A stretch of 64,000 nucleotides of DNA from a virus. This document shows, piece by piece, positions 28,657 to 38,230 of the stretch. The position numbers were made by a program, and so were the translations under genes. The stretch lies in IMG/VR virus record IMGVR_UViG_3300023198_001252, positions 6,320 to 70,319 of that record, one strand, 5' to 3'. The notes beneath the pieces are model-generated. The model was given only the letters and a program-made list of their open reading frames with translations, did no database searches and was not told the DNA's origin. Within the stretch, counting starts at the first letter, position 1. Each line of letters opens with the position of its first letter.

Positions 28657-29094
28657 CTAATTTGCTAAGGGAAGGTTACGCCTTTTCCTATATATATAAA
28701 CATGCCTACACTCTGTACAAAATTTTGTAGTTTTTAGTTTTCCTTGTACTACTTTACCACACACAACACATTTTATCTGTAAAGAGTTATAAAATTCTTC
28801 GTTAGATATAGGGCGTTTTTGTTTACGTCTATAATTTTCTTTTGTTTTGCATGTACTAGAACAAACATCACGTAACACTACCTTATTTCTTGATACAAAT
28901 TCTTTATTACAAACTATACAAAGTCTAATCTTTCTAGGCTCTTTGCATTGTTGTTTAAGTTTATGTGCATTCTTTAATTTGTATGCTTTTTGTGTTCTTT
29001 TCCTTAGCTTTTTAGTACAATCGTCACTACAAACCTTAGTTCTACTCTGCTTAGTGCTGAATATTTCTCCACAAATGGTGCATTCCTTAGTCAT
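28657..29094 (-). CDS. protein with three CxxC...C zinc-finger repeats
   Basis: CTICG..CSDDC, CIVCN..CSSTC, CVVCG..CTEC. Confidence 0.7.
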   Translation of the reverse strand: MTKECTICGEIFSTKQSRTKVCSDDCTKKLRKRTQKAYKLKNAHKLKQQCKEPRKIRLCIVCNKEFVSRNKVVLRDVCSSTCKTKENYRRKQKRPISNEEFYNSLQIKCVVCGKVVQGKLKTTKFCTECRHVYIYRKRRNLPLAN

Positions 29095-29186
29095 CTATTC
29101 TCCTTAAAATAATTAGTATAAGTAGCCATACAGCTACCTATACTTTATACCATATTTTAAGCTTATACAATTAATATTAGTTGTTT

Positions 29187-29897
29187 TTAAACCATATTTA
29201 CGACAACTTTTTGCATAGTGCTGGAGGCAGAAGGCGAAAATCCGCTTGTGAATTCCTGAGCACTCCCATCCACTGCACCATAACTAAAACCCTCTAATTC
29301 TACACGACCAACAATGGCTATAACCTTATTGCCCACACTTTCATCTTTTTGAAGCACCCCAATAAAGTACATTGGGTCACTAGTCGCCCTTGTAAGTGAA
29401 GTAGAAGTTCCGTCCGGTTCCCCTTCTACTCTAGTTAAAAACCTATCAGAAAATATATTCTCATCTGCCTCTGTAATGCCAGTAAGGGAGCCAGATGCGT
29501 CAGACCGGCCGGCCCTAAAAGTCTTTAAATCATCTGTTAAAGTAGTTACATCAATCTTATCTTTACTTAGTGTAATTTCAAAACTTTTAATACTAGTGTT
29601 TTTTTCAGCTTCGAATAATCCCGGCAAAGCTTTTACAGTGTCAGTTACTAGTGTACCAGCACTTAGAACTAATGACCCATCATTATAAAAATAATCCCCT
29701 GCTCTAAATGCAGCATTTAGAGCAGTTAGAGCACTTGTACTATCAGCTACTGTGATTATCTCATAAAATCTTGCACCACTGCCTACACCACCAGCATACA
29801 AATCATCAAGATCACCAAGACCGTCACCGACTAAATCAGCACCTACTTCCTGAGCGGATAAAAATCCGTCATTTCCTATTAATTTATTTATTGCCAT
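29187..29897 (-). CDS. major tail tube protein
   Basis: SFEITLSKDKIDVTTLTDDLKTFRAG..SGS tube motif; position. Confidence 0.8.
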   Translation of the reverse strand: MAINKLIGNDGFLSAQEVGADLVGDGLGDLDDLYAGGVGSGARFYEIITVADSTSALTALNAAFRAGDYFYNDGSLVLSAGTLVTDTVKALPGLFEAEKNTSIKSFEITLSKDKIDVTTLTDDLKTFRAGRSDASGSLTGITEADENIFSDRFLTRVEGEPDGTSTSLTRATSDPMYFIGVLQKDESVGNKVIAIVGRVELEGFSYGAVDGSAQEFTSGFSPSASSTMQKVVVNMV

Positions 29898-29909
29898 TTT
29901 ATTTCTCCA

Positions 29910-30122
29910 TTATTTAATAATTTTATAGCCTTGTTTCTCTAAAAGCTTGCACAATATTTTTTTATTGTAAAAAGGCTCTTTCGGTTTTTCTGTTAGTTTT
30001 ATAATCTGACTTGAAGTCATTTCATTATATTTAATAACAGGTTTATCTTTTTTAGTTTCTTCATATTTACCACCCTCATTTTTTTTAATTTTTTTGTCTT
30101 GATTTTCCATTAATCCCTCCAT
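29910..30122 (-). CDS. hypothetical protein
   Basis: Short basic ORF in the operon. Confidence 0.5.
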   Translation of the reverse strand: MEGLMENQDKKIKKNEGGKYEETKKDKPVIKYNEMTSSQIIKLTEKPKEPFYNKKILCKLLEKQGYKIIK

Positions 30123-30517
30123 GCTTGAAACTGTAATTCTACAATTTTTTTATATTTATTATCTGTGTTTATACCATCCTTAGTAATCATATTATCTGTA
30201 TATACTTTATAATTTAATATTTGATTATTAAAATTTTTATCATTAAAATAGTTTTTTATTAAAGTAGATATTTGCCATGCTCTACCATCCCCTTGATTAA
30301 GTGGGGTATAGATATTAAGCTGCATTACTCCAATAATACGATCACCACTAACTAAAAATCCATTATCGGGATTACTAAACATAATATAAAATTCTAAATA
30401 CTCATCTACTGTATCTGGTTCAAAGGGTATATTTTCCCATGCTATAGATAAATTATTAGTAGTTGCAAAAGTGTTTACTTCTGTAGCTAATACTTTTTTA
30501 ACAAGTTCTTGACTCAT
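30110..30517 (-). CDS. tail terminator protein
   Basis: IAWENIPFEP...GVMQLNIYTPLNQG pattern. Confidence 0.75.
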   Translation of the reverse strand: MSQELVKKVLATEVNTFATTNNLSIAWENIPFEPDTVDEYLEFYIMFSNPDNGFLVSGDRIIGVMQLNIYTPLNQGDGRAWQISTLIKNYFNDKNFNNQILNYKVYTDNMITKDGINTDNKYKKIVELQFQAWRD

Positions 30518-30518
30518 A

Positions 30519-30911
30519 CTACAACCCTATATTACAAAAATTAGCAACTTCTTTTAATGATGCTAAAATAATTCCACCATTATTTTTTACCATATTTGCT
30601 ACTGCTTTTAAACTTCTTAATTGTCCTTTTGTAAAAGTAACATTCTTATCATTTTCTAATATACAAAAAATAGTAGTTTTTGGTCTTTTATTTGAATCAT
30701 CTACTACTTCCGCTATAGAATATACACCTGTCATTTTTGGTGTGATTGTATATAATACATAATCACAAAGTTCTCTTTGTTCTAATTCTTCAATTTGACA
30801 TTCTGGTTTCCAATCTTCAACAACCGGATTAAAATAATCACATAATAATGTAGGAATTAATTTATCTCTCCACACACTTTCATTACAAGTACCACCTAAA
30901 AATACTTTCAT
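30519..30911 (-). CDS. nucleoside 2-deoxyribosyltransferase-like protein
   Basis: VFLGGTCNESVWRDKLIP...FNPVVEDW...GVYSIAEVVD. Confidence 0.75.
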   Translation of the reverse strand: MKVFLGGTCNESVWRDKLIPTLLCDYFNPVVEDWKPECQIEELEQRELCDYVLYTITPKMTGVYSIAEVVDDSNKRPKTTIFCILENDKNVTFTKGQLRSLKAVANMVKNNGGIILASLKEVANFCNIGL

Positions 30912-30914
30912 ATA

Positions 30915-31322
30915 TTAATCTACCTCTCTTACAATACTTCCAAATTCAGCAACAGTGGTTTTGACCATTCCTGAAGGTGCTTGATCACTGCTACCATTTT
31001 CTAATACGTCTATATAAGGTAAATTATTTGAAATATAAACAATCTGCTTATCTGTAAACTTAGTTTCTAATACTTTAGCTACCATATCTTTTATAGCTTT
31101 TTGTCCACTTTTATCTATTTCCTCAGTCATATCTGTAGAAGGGGTATTAATTGTAGTAAACCAATTATTTCTTGCTTGTCCAGTATCTACAGGAGTTTTT
31201 AAAATAATTCTTCTAAATATTTCAATTGCTACTTTTTTCATTTTTGTATTTATTTGTTGTTCTTTATCTCCTAAAGCTTGTAAGAATTGATCAGTTCCTA
31301 TTAATTTAATAGTTAAAGCCAT
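30915..31322 (-). CDS. HK97 gp10-like tail completion protein
   Basis: TPVDTGQARNNW, ISNNLPYIDVLENGSSDQAPSGMV. Confidence 0.85.
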   Translation of the reverse strand: MALTIKLIGTDQFLQALGDKEQQINTKMKKVAIEIFRRIILKTPVDTGQARNNWFTTINTPSTDMTEEIDKSGQKAIKDMVAKVLETKFTDKQIVYISNNLPYIDVLENGSSDQAPSGMVKTTVAEFGSIVREVD

Positions 31323-31690
31323 TAGCCTTTCCTTATTTGTAACTTATACAAAACTCTCACATCAGCCGGTTTTACTTCATCAATACTCATAATATTCCAT
31401 GTAATACTTTCCATTATTATTCTATCATTTACTGCAATTTCATTATTGTTATTAGTTAACATTATTAATTTTTTATCACCTTGTATTATAGTTTTTCCAT
31501 CCACCTCACTATTTTTATAATTAGTCTGCACCGCTATTCCATTATCTAATTTTTCATAAGTACTAGTTGAATATGTACCACTAACAGGATCAAAAACACC
31601 TGCACTTTTTTGTTGTATTTCAACAGGTTTACCAAATTTATTTAAAAGGGGAATTACTGTGTTATCTCTTAAATCTTCATAAAAAGCCAT
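31322..31690 (-). CDS. head closure / head-tail joining protein
   Basis: LLNKFGKPV...FDPVSG...VDGKTIIQGDKKL. Confidence 0.8.
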   Translation of the reverse strand: MAFYEDLRDNTVIPLLNKFGKPVEIQQKSAGVFDPVSGTYSTSTYEKLDNGIAVQTNYKNSEVDGKTIIQGDKKLIMLTNNNNEIAVNDRIIMESITWNIMSIDEVKPADVRVLYKLQIRKG

Positions 31691-31693
31691 AAC

Positions 31694-32209
31694 TTACACC
31701 CTTATATTTTTTAAAGTCCCTCTTATACTTCCTGTATTTCCTATTGCTAGTCCAGCACCAAAAAGTAATTGATCTATTATTGTATACGGATTAGTCGAAG
31801 TAGTCCCTTCAAAATACTCAACTTCAATTACATCAACTTTAGTTAATTTTGTAGCTCCGTTTGTATCTGTGTCTGTGTATAGAGTAGAATCAAATGCCCT
31901 TAAAGCAGCCTCACAGGTAGCTTGTTTAATATTTTTTGGTACTCCTGTTACTTCATACCCATTATTGTCTATAGCGTCTTCACGTGGCCACTGTAGACCT
32001 TGTGTTTCACTTGCTTTAGTTCCTATATAGGAATATTGATTATCAATAAATTGAGTACCGTTCATTAGTACTCTTTCTCTTTGTTGCGTATTTTTTGTAA
32101 ACCAAATTTCTTGAGGATTTATATCTGTAAAATAATTATCTGCTTCTTCTACACTTATATATGAATTTGCATCTGTAATACCTGTTCCTGTTTCAACTAA
32201 AAACGCCAT
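31694..32209 (-). CDS. head-tail adaptor (DnaT-like family)
   Basis: LVETGTGITDANSYISVEEAD...QGLQWPR...VPKNIKQATCEAA. Confidence 0.8.
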   Translation of the reverse strand: MAFLVETGTGITDANSYISVEEADNYFTDINPQEIWFTKNTQQRERVLMNGTQFIDNQYSYIGTKASETQGLQWPREDAIDNNGYEVTGVPKNIKQATCEAALRAFDSTLYTDTDTNGATKLTKVDVIEVEYFEGTTSTNPYTIIDQLLFGAGLAIGNTGSIRGTLKNIRV

Positions 32210-32573
32210 TATGTTTTAACCTTATTTTATTAGAGTAAATAAATTATCTAAAAAGCTATTTAATTCTTTTGCATTTATATCTTTATTCATTGTTATAGTA
32301 TTATCTAGTTCTATTGTTTGTTCTTTTGTTCTATCTCCAACAGTTTCTTTTATTGTTAATTTTATCATATTTTTATTGCCCCTTTATATTTTCTAAAATA
32401 ATAATAATAGCTAATTTTAAAGTAATATAAACATCTTTTGAGATATTTAACTCATCAATTATTTTATCAATACTAATATATTCATCTTTTTCTTTACTTA
32501 TTTCTTTAATTCTTTGTATTGCTATATCTACTTGTTTTTCATCTAACATTAATTATCCTTTTAAAATTATAAA

Positions 32574-32894
32574 TTACACCACTGTTAAATCGTTAAAATT
32601 ATTAGTCCCGGTTAAAAAATTAGTAATAATAGTATCGCTATTAAACAGCCATTTCAATTCAACTGGTTCAACATCTTCATATATTAAATCTACAGTCCAT
32701 GTACCATCAATATTGTTATAGACTGCTGCAATAGCTGTTTCTGTTATATTCGTAGTAGTACCTATTACACTTTCAGATACTTGAACTGTAATAGTAAATG
32801 AGGTGGGGGGATTTCCATCTAGATCTAGAATTGTACCGTTAACTGTTGCTGTTGCCAAAATTATTCCCCTTGTGTGTACTGCCCATAAACACAT
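32574..32894 (-). CDS. putative virion protein
   Basis: Thr/Val-rich; true start probably a few codons downstream. Confidence 0.45.
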   Translation of the reverse strand: MCLWAVHTRGIILATATVNGTILDLDGNPPTSFTITVQVSESVIGTTTNITETAIAAVYNNIDGTWTVDLIYEDVEPVELKWLFNSDTIITNFLTGTNNFNDLTVV

Positions 32895-33661
32895 ACTCTA
32901 TGTCTATTTAATCCTCTAAGATCCCCTCTAACAGTAACACACATACTATCATTTGTTCTAGGGTTTATTCTTTTAGCCACCCCATATTTTTGCTTAATAT
33001 CCATAGTACAGGTAGTTGCAAAATTACCGCCACCAGCCTTATCATCAAAAGCGACATCCCAACCAAATTCTTCAAAATCTTGATTGTTTTGATAAGAACC
33101 TAAGTTTACAGTTACTCCATTAATATGTCTAAAATATGTACTTTTTCCATCCAATAAACCTGCTAAATTTCCATATTTACTTCTATCACTAGCAGATCCA
33201 TGTAACATAGATACTTGTACCCCAATTATATCTATAGGTATTTCTGCATCTGGGCCATAAAATCTAAAATAGGCATTAATAGGAGTACCAGATCCATCTA
33301 GATCTAAATCTATTTTCCCTCTTATTAAAACAGCATTAATTGAAAAAGCTACAGGGGAAGGTACATCTATAGTAATTTGATTAGCTGTAACATTTATTAT
33401 TTTTACTTGCTCATATATTCCATTTTCCCATATAACAAGATAGTCAAGAGGTATAGCAGGATATGTAAAACCGTGCCCTGCTGTTAAATTTAAAACAGTA
33501 TCATCTTTTAACACTGGTGCAGTTAATCCAATATCTATTTTATCTTCTCGCATAATATAAAAATGAAAAGGTGGGGTAGTTTGATCCTGTAAATATACAT
33601 CTACACCATCACCAGCAGTAGTTATATTTTCTAATATCTGTGTCATTCTAGCATCTGGCAT
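32861..33661 (-). CDS. putative virion accessory protein
   Basis: Beta-rich composition; position in the head module. Confidence 0.55.
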   Translation of the reverse strand: MPDARMTQILENITTAGDGVDVYLQDQTTPPFHFYIMREDKIDIGLTAPVLKDDTVLNLTAGHGFTYPAIPLDYLVIWENGIYEQVKIINVTANQITIDVPSPVAFSINAVLIRGKIDLDLDGSGTPINAYFRFYGPDAEIPIDIIGVQVSMLHGSASDRSKYGNLAGLLDGKSTYFRHINGVTVNLGSYQNNQDFEEFGWDVAFDDKAGGGNFATTCTMDIKQKYGVAKRINPRTNDSMCVTVRGDLRGLNRHRVCVYGQYTQGE

Positions 33662-33713
33662 GTCTCAGTCCCCAGTCCTTAGTAAAGCTTTTTTATATCA
33701 AGCAAAGCTTTTT

Positions 33714-34466
33714 TTATTCCTGTATGATCATATCAAATTCAGCACTAATAGCGGATACTGCACTTGCAAAAGTTTTTTCTAACCATATATCCGTTTTAGG
33801 TGGTAATATAATAGAACCTACGTATAAATATTGATATGAATTATCCGATGTGAAAGAGAATGTTTTTTTAGTTTTAATAGCTTGTTCAAATTCTCTTATA
33901 CGTATTTGCATAGATCCTCTCACTACATTAGTAGTTCTTACTATTGATGCATCTACTTTTTTTAGGTATGCTATTTGATTAGCAGAAGTAGAAAATATTG
34001 CCATTAGTGTTTGACCTATTGTTGGTTCAATAATAGCTAAAATAGTACCACCCCCTTGTACTTGAATATTTATTGTACCCACATTGGAATTTGTAGCACC
34101 CACATTAATTATTTCCGCTCTAAATATTCTAATATATGTATTATCTAAATCCACTTCAACAATACCTGTTAGTGTTTTAGTTTCATTAATAGGAAGCCAA
34201 TTTTCATCGAGTCCAAACACTTGAATAGTTTGTGCACCTGTTCCACCTCCAGTATCAAGACCGGAACTTGAAACAATTTCTATAGATTGCGCGGAAGTTT
34301 GAAATGGGTAAGTAGCCCCCCCACTCCAAATAATTTCTGGATTTGAGTTTGCAGCAATATTTAAATTTCTTCCAAATTTATTAATTGTATTTTCTGCTCT
34401 TGTTTGAGTACCATATACATAATCAAGATTTTCTTCTAATAGTTGTGTAACCCTATGACTTAACAT
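33714..34466 (-). CDS. putative virion accessory protein
   Basis: KFGRNLNI...EIIWSGG...IEIVSSSGLDTGGGTGAQTIQVFGLD beta-rich pattern. Confidence 0.55.
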   Translation of the reverse strand: MLSHRVTQLLEENLDYVYGTQTRAENTINKFGRNLNIAANSNPEIIWSGGATYPFQTSAQSIEIVSSSGLDTGGGTGAQTIQVFGLDENWLPINETKTLTGIVEVDLDNTYIRIFRAEIINVGATNSNVGTINIQVQGGGTILAIIEPTIGQTLMAIFSTSANQIAYLKKVDASIVRTTNVVRGSMQIRIREFEQAIKTKKTFSFTSDNSYQYLYVGSIILPPKTDIWLEKTFASAVSAISAEFDMIIQE

Positions 34467-34489
34467 ATTGCAACCTTTTATACTTTTAT

Positions 34490-34885
34490 TTATTTTGCTT
34501 CATCTAATAGTTTCTGTAAGTTTTCTAATTTCATATTTTTCTTGTATTTAATTTCTTTGTCATCTAAAAGTTTAAATAATGATTCTCTTGATAATGCTTC
34601 TGGTATAGGTAATATTACATTATCTATTTTTTCTTTTTTATCTTCATCAATAACAACAACAGGATTATCTAATACAACTTTTTTTTCAATTTTGACATTT
34701 TCCTGTTCTTCCACATCTATAACAACTTTATTAAATACATAACCATTTTTTTGCATATAAGATATATCATCAGGATTAGACGTTTCAAAAATACCATGAT
34801 TTAAAGTAAAATCATAAAATACCTTACCTCTTCTACTATCCCATATAATCCCACTGCCATTACATCTATGTACTATTTTTTCCAT
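34490..34885 (-). CDS. hypothetical protein with C-terminal HeH/Rho-N-like motif
   Basis: SRESLFKLLDDKEIKYKKNMKLENLQKLL. Confidence 0.6.
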   Translation of the reverse strand: MEKIVHRCNGSGIIWDSRRGKVFYDFTLNHGIFETSNPDDISYMQKNGYVFNKVVIDVEEQENVKIEKKVVLDNPVVVIDEDKKEKIDNVILPIPEALSRESLFKLLDDKEIKYKKNMKLENLQKLLDEAK

Positions 34886-34935
34886 TATAACCTCTTCTAT
34901 GTTTTTAAAAATTAAAAGGGTAATACATACCCTTA

Positions 34936-35349
34936 TTATACTATTGTTACCGTAAAAACTGCTGGTGTTACTGTATAACCTAATATGGTTAAAGACATTG
35001 TTACATCAGCATCTTCCGCAGCAACCCAGGCAGCAGCAGATCCAATTAAATCTACAGTACCTACCCCATTAACTAAAGCCGGGGTTCCGTCACTTACTGT
35101 TGCAGTTCCTAATGTAGAAGAATCCGAAGGAGTAGCTACACAATCAGTATTAATCCAATTATGAATATTCCCATTACTATCAACTACTTCAAATTTAATT
35201 GTATATGTCCAACCAGCAGCCCCAGCAGCTTCATTAACATCTGCTGTTAATATATTAAATGCCAAATCACCACTAAGGGCATTATCTCTAATTTCAAATT
35301 GTTCCCGGCATTGTGGCTTAATGCCTTGTTTATTATTTATTCCGCTCAT
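34936..35349 (-). CDS. putative head decoration protein
   Basis: Ala/Thr/Val-rich; follows the capsid gene. Confidence 0.55.
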   Translation of the reverse strand: MSGINNKQGIKPQCREQFEIRDNALSGDLAFNILTADVNEAAGAAGWTYTIKFEVVDSNGNIHNWINTDCVATPSDSSTLGTATVSDGTPALVNGVGTVDLIGSAAAWVAAEDADVTMSLTILGYTVTPAVFTVTIV

Positions 35350-35398
35350 TTTAATAACCTCTTGTATATCTAATTAAAATAAAATTTAAAACAATGTT

Positions 35399-35427
35399 TT
35401 GACTTTTTAATTTTAATTTAGTATTAT
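35399..35427 (+). promoter_or_regulatory. phage-type promoter driving an ncRNA
   Basis: TTGACT-17-TATTAT; spacer TTTTAATTTTAATTTAG identical to that of the 5582 promoter. Confidence 0.75.
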
Positions 35428-35431
35428 ATTA

Positions 35432-35564
35432 CCATACGTATTTTAAAATACGTATGGGTTGGTTCTACAACCTTAAGGTGAGATGGATTACTTTTTAAAA
35501 GTAATTATACTCACTAATCTGTACAATAAGTACAGAAATAGAACAGGCCTATAATACTATTAGA
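35432..35564 (+). ncRNA. orphan Cas12f/TnpB-type fused guide RNA (scaffold 35432-35544, guide from 35545)
   Basis: Shares CCTTAAGGTGAGATGG and TACTCACTAATCT with the tracr-like RNA near 49.1 kb; compensatory stem and pseudoknot changes. Confidence 0.75.
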
Positions 35565-35603
35565 CCTTATTCTTAAAGGGTTTTCTAGTGTTTTTACATT
35601 TTA

Positions 35604-36614
35604 TTAACTTATAGCTAGATTTGTTATACTAGAATGTAATTTTTCGTTCGCCCAATCAATGCCAATTTGGCCATATACCTGTCTTTTTTCAGAAGCACCG
35701 GATTTATCCATTGGTTCATCAAATAATCTACCTTTTCCCGGTACAGTACAAAATACAGGTTTAACAAGATTTAAAGCTGCAAGTAATATAGTACTAGTTG
35801 GAACCATTGATTCATATACCACTCCAACCTCACCAAAATCAGTAAGAATAGTTCTTACATCTACACCACCAACATTCCATGATTCAGGCTGGTAGCCATA
35901 AATACTTGATATTGCTTGTTTTTGAAATGAGTTCATAAATAAAATAGGTGTATTTTGATAAGTTTGACCACCGGAAGTATCTACTGCAAGTTTAAACATT
36001 GCTTGTAAAATACCCCTGTCTAAAGCTGCACCACCGGCAGCAATTGTAGAAGTTGTAATACCTGGAATAATTCCACCGGTTTGTGCTGCTACTGTGTTAG
36101 AAGTAGATTCAACAAATGTACCATTAAGGAAAGTATAATTCATATCTCTTGCAATTTTTTTTAAAGTATATGCTAAATTTTTAGCTTCTAATGCTGCTTG
36201 GTTATTCACATTTTCTTGAGCCCAATAACCTACACCTGTATGTACAACATCCGTGGCTCTACGTTCAGTAGTAGATAATTTCTTATATGAAATATCAATA
36301 GCCTCCTGAACAATTTGACAAGTGTTTCTAATTTGTGTGTATATTGGGGAGGTTGCTGCTGGTGCTGTGTTAGCAGCACTTTCTGAAATTGAAGGTTGTG
36401 CTGCTGCTGGAAAATCATATTCTGCTGTCATTGCAAAATCAAAATCTGCAACTTCTCTTGCATTACCCCCATTTAGCCCACCTAGCATTGTTAAAAAAGG
36501 TGTACCTGTTCCCTGTCCGGGTGTCACGTCTGCTGTCCAAAGATCCCCATCATAATTAGGAGAATTCCAATAATCTGCTTGTCCTGATACTTGTGCCATA
36601 AAAATAGCCTCCAT
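35604..36614 (-). CDS. major capsid protein
   Basis: TPFLTMLGG...NTCQIVQEAIDIS...KIARDMNYTFLNG...QVYGQIG; 336 aa, after the scaffold gene. Confidence 0.85.
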   Translation of the reverse strand: MEAIFMAQVSGQADYWNSPNYDGDLWTADVTPGQGTGTPFLTMLGGLNGGNAREVADFDFAMTAEYDFPAAAQPSISESAANTAPAATSPIYTQIRNTCQIVQEAIDISYKKLSTTERRATDVVHTGVGYWAQENVNNQAALEAKNLAYTLKKIARDMNYTFLNGTFVESTSNTVAAQTGGIIPGITTSTIAAGGAALDRGILQAMFKLAVDTSGGQTYQNTPILFMNSFQKQAISSIYGYQPESWNVGGVDVRTILTDFGEVGVVYESMVPTSTILLAALNLVKPVFCTVPGKGRLFDEPMDKSGASEKRQVYGQIGIDWANEKLHSSITNLAIS

Positions 36615-36662
36615 TAGTTTAATCTTATTTTTCTTAATGGAGGCATCTACTATATTCTTATA

Positions 36663-37550
36663 TTAGGTTGGTCTTCCATTAAGGCGTTTTTGTAATTCAT
36701 GTTTTTGTTTTTTTAGTAGTATAGCTTTTACAGTATCATTCTCTTTTTGAGCTTCATTAATTTGATTTTGAAGCTCATCAATACTAACACCGCCAAAAGC
36801 ATTATTATTTGTTCCACTTCCACCACCTGAATGATCGGGCGCTTTGATAAAACGTTTATTTGCATCGTCATTAGTCCACGCTGTGAAGAAATCTGCGATA
36901 GGAAGTTTTACACTTTGGCGATCTTTCATTACGACATGTTTTTCGCCTAGTTCATCAACTTCTATTGAGGCTCTGCCCCGGAAAGCATCAAATACCATTG
37001 GACGAGCTTCCTCATCAATCATGGCTTGATCCATTTGTGTAGTGATACTTTGTGTAATTGTGTAATCATCAATAGTATTAGTAAGTGTATTGATACTTAC
37101 ATCTTTTTCTGCAATTACTTTTTCAAAGTTTTCTGTTTTTTTTCTGTATATTGTTTCATTATTGTTTATCTTAGCTTGCAGTGCATCAAGTTCTGCTGAT
37201 CCATCACTCTTGCCTTTATGGTTTTCTAACCATGCTTTTTCTGCTGCCACAAGTCTATTATACTCTGCTTCATCTACTGTGTCAAGTTTTTTTTCCACCT
37301 CTTTTTTTTCAGCTTCTAGTGCCTCATTCTTAGATACTTGCTCTTTATACTTTTCCTGTAATGTTTTTTTCTCTTCAAGAATTTTATCTCTATTTACGGT
37401 AAGTCCATTAATGTGAGATTTTTCAATATACTTTACTGAAACAAGATCTAAAAAAAGTTTTTGTCCACTCTCATCATTTGTTAAAAAGTCTTTAACTTGC
37501 TCTAAGTTTTCAAATTGTAAAACTTTTCCATTGTTAATTTGTCCTGGCAT
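36663..37550 (-). CDS. capsid scaffolding protein
   Basis: Coiled coil; C-terminal FIKAPDHSGGGSG. Confidence 0.75.
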   Translation of the reverse strand: MPGQINNGKVLQFENLEQVKDFLTNDESGQKLFLDLVSVKYIEKSHINGLTVNRDKILEEKKTLQEKYKEQVSKNEALEAEKKEVEKKLDTVDEAEYNRLVAAEKAWLENHKGKSDGSAELDALQAKINNNETIYRKKTENFEKVIAEKDVSINTLTNTIDDYTITQSITTQMDQAMIDEEARPMVFDAFRGRASIEVDELGEKHVVMKDRQSVKLPIADFFTAWTNDDANKRFIKAPDHSGGGSGTNNNAFGGVSIDELQNQINEAQKENDTVKAILLKKQKHELQKRLNGRPT

Positions 37551-37582
37551 ATCCTATGCCTCCTTTTATAATTTAATTTATT

Positions 37583-38230
37583 TTATTCTACGTCTGTAGA
37601 TTTATTTATGGCCTCTATAATTTCTTTATTGTTTTTTAATAAGAGTAATTTTACTAATTCTTTATTATTTTTAATAAAATGTAATAGTATCGATGCAGTT
37701 AGATTTATATATTTTTCATTATTATATAATTTCATGTCACCTAAAACAAAATAAATAGCATGTAAACATTCATGAGTTAATATAAATACTTTCTCTGCTT
37801 GAGTAATTGTATCATTATTTATATATATTAAATATTCAGCAGGATTACATAACCCATCTGTTTTTCTTCCTATTTTTCTAGAGTACTCTTCACTGTTTAA
37901 ATAAGTAATATTAAAAAAAAGATTGTTAATATTAAAATGTTTGGGCACATTAAATTGATTATCTATATAATCAATAAAATAATCTTTATTATTTAATAAA
38001 AATTGAAATAGTATAAAAGCATATTTATCTTTAATTTGAAATTCAGCACAATATAATATATAAATAGCATTAAATATATTATATTTCATATAATCAATAT
38101 TTTTATTTATTGATATAATTTCTTTATGTTTATCTGCTGGATATCTATGAAAAGTACCCCCTTTTTCTATATCTATTTCTTCTTCAAATAATTCTAATTC
38201 CCATTCATAATTAATCGTTTGTATTGTCAA
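37583..38230 (-). CDS. HExxH metallopeptidase-like protein (ImmA/IrrE-like), paralog of 41292..41930
   Basis: GLCNPAEYLIYIN...ILTHECLHAIY. Confidence 0.6.
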   Translation of the reverse strand: MTIQTINYEWELELFEEEIDIEKGGTFHRYPADKHKEIISINKNIDYMKYNIFNAIYILYCAEFQIKDKYAFILFQFLLNNKDYFIDYIDNQFNVPKHFNINNLFFNITYLNSEEYSRKIGRKTDGLCNPAEYLIYINNDTITQAEKVFILTHECLHAIYFVLGDMKLYNNEKYINLTASILLHFIKNNKELVKLLLLKNNKEIIEAINKSTDVE

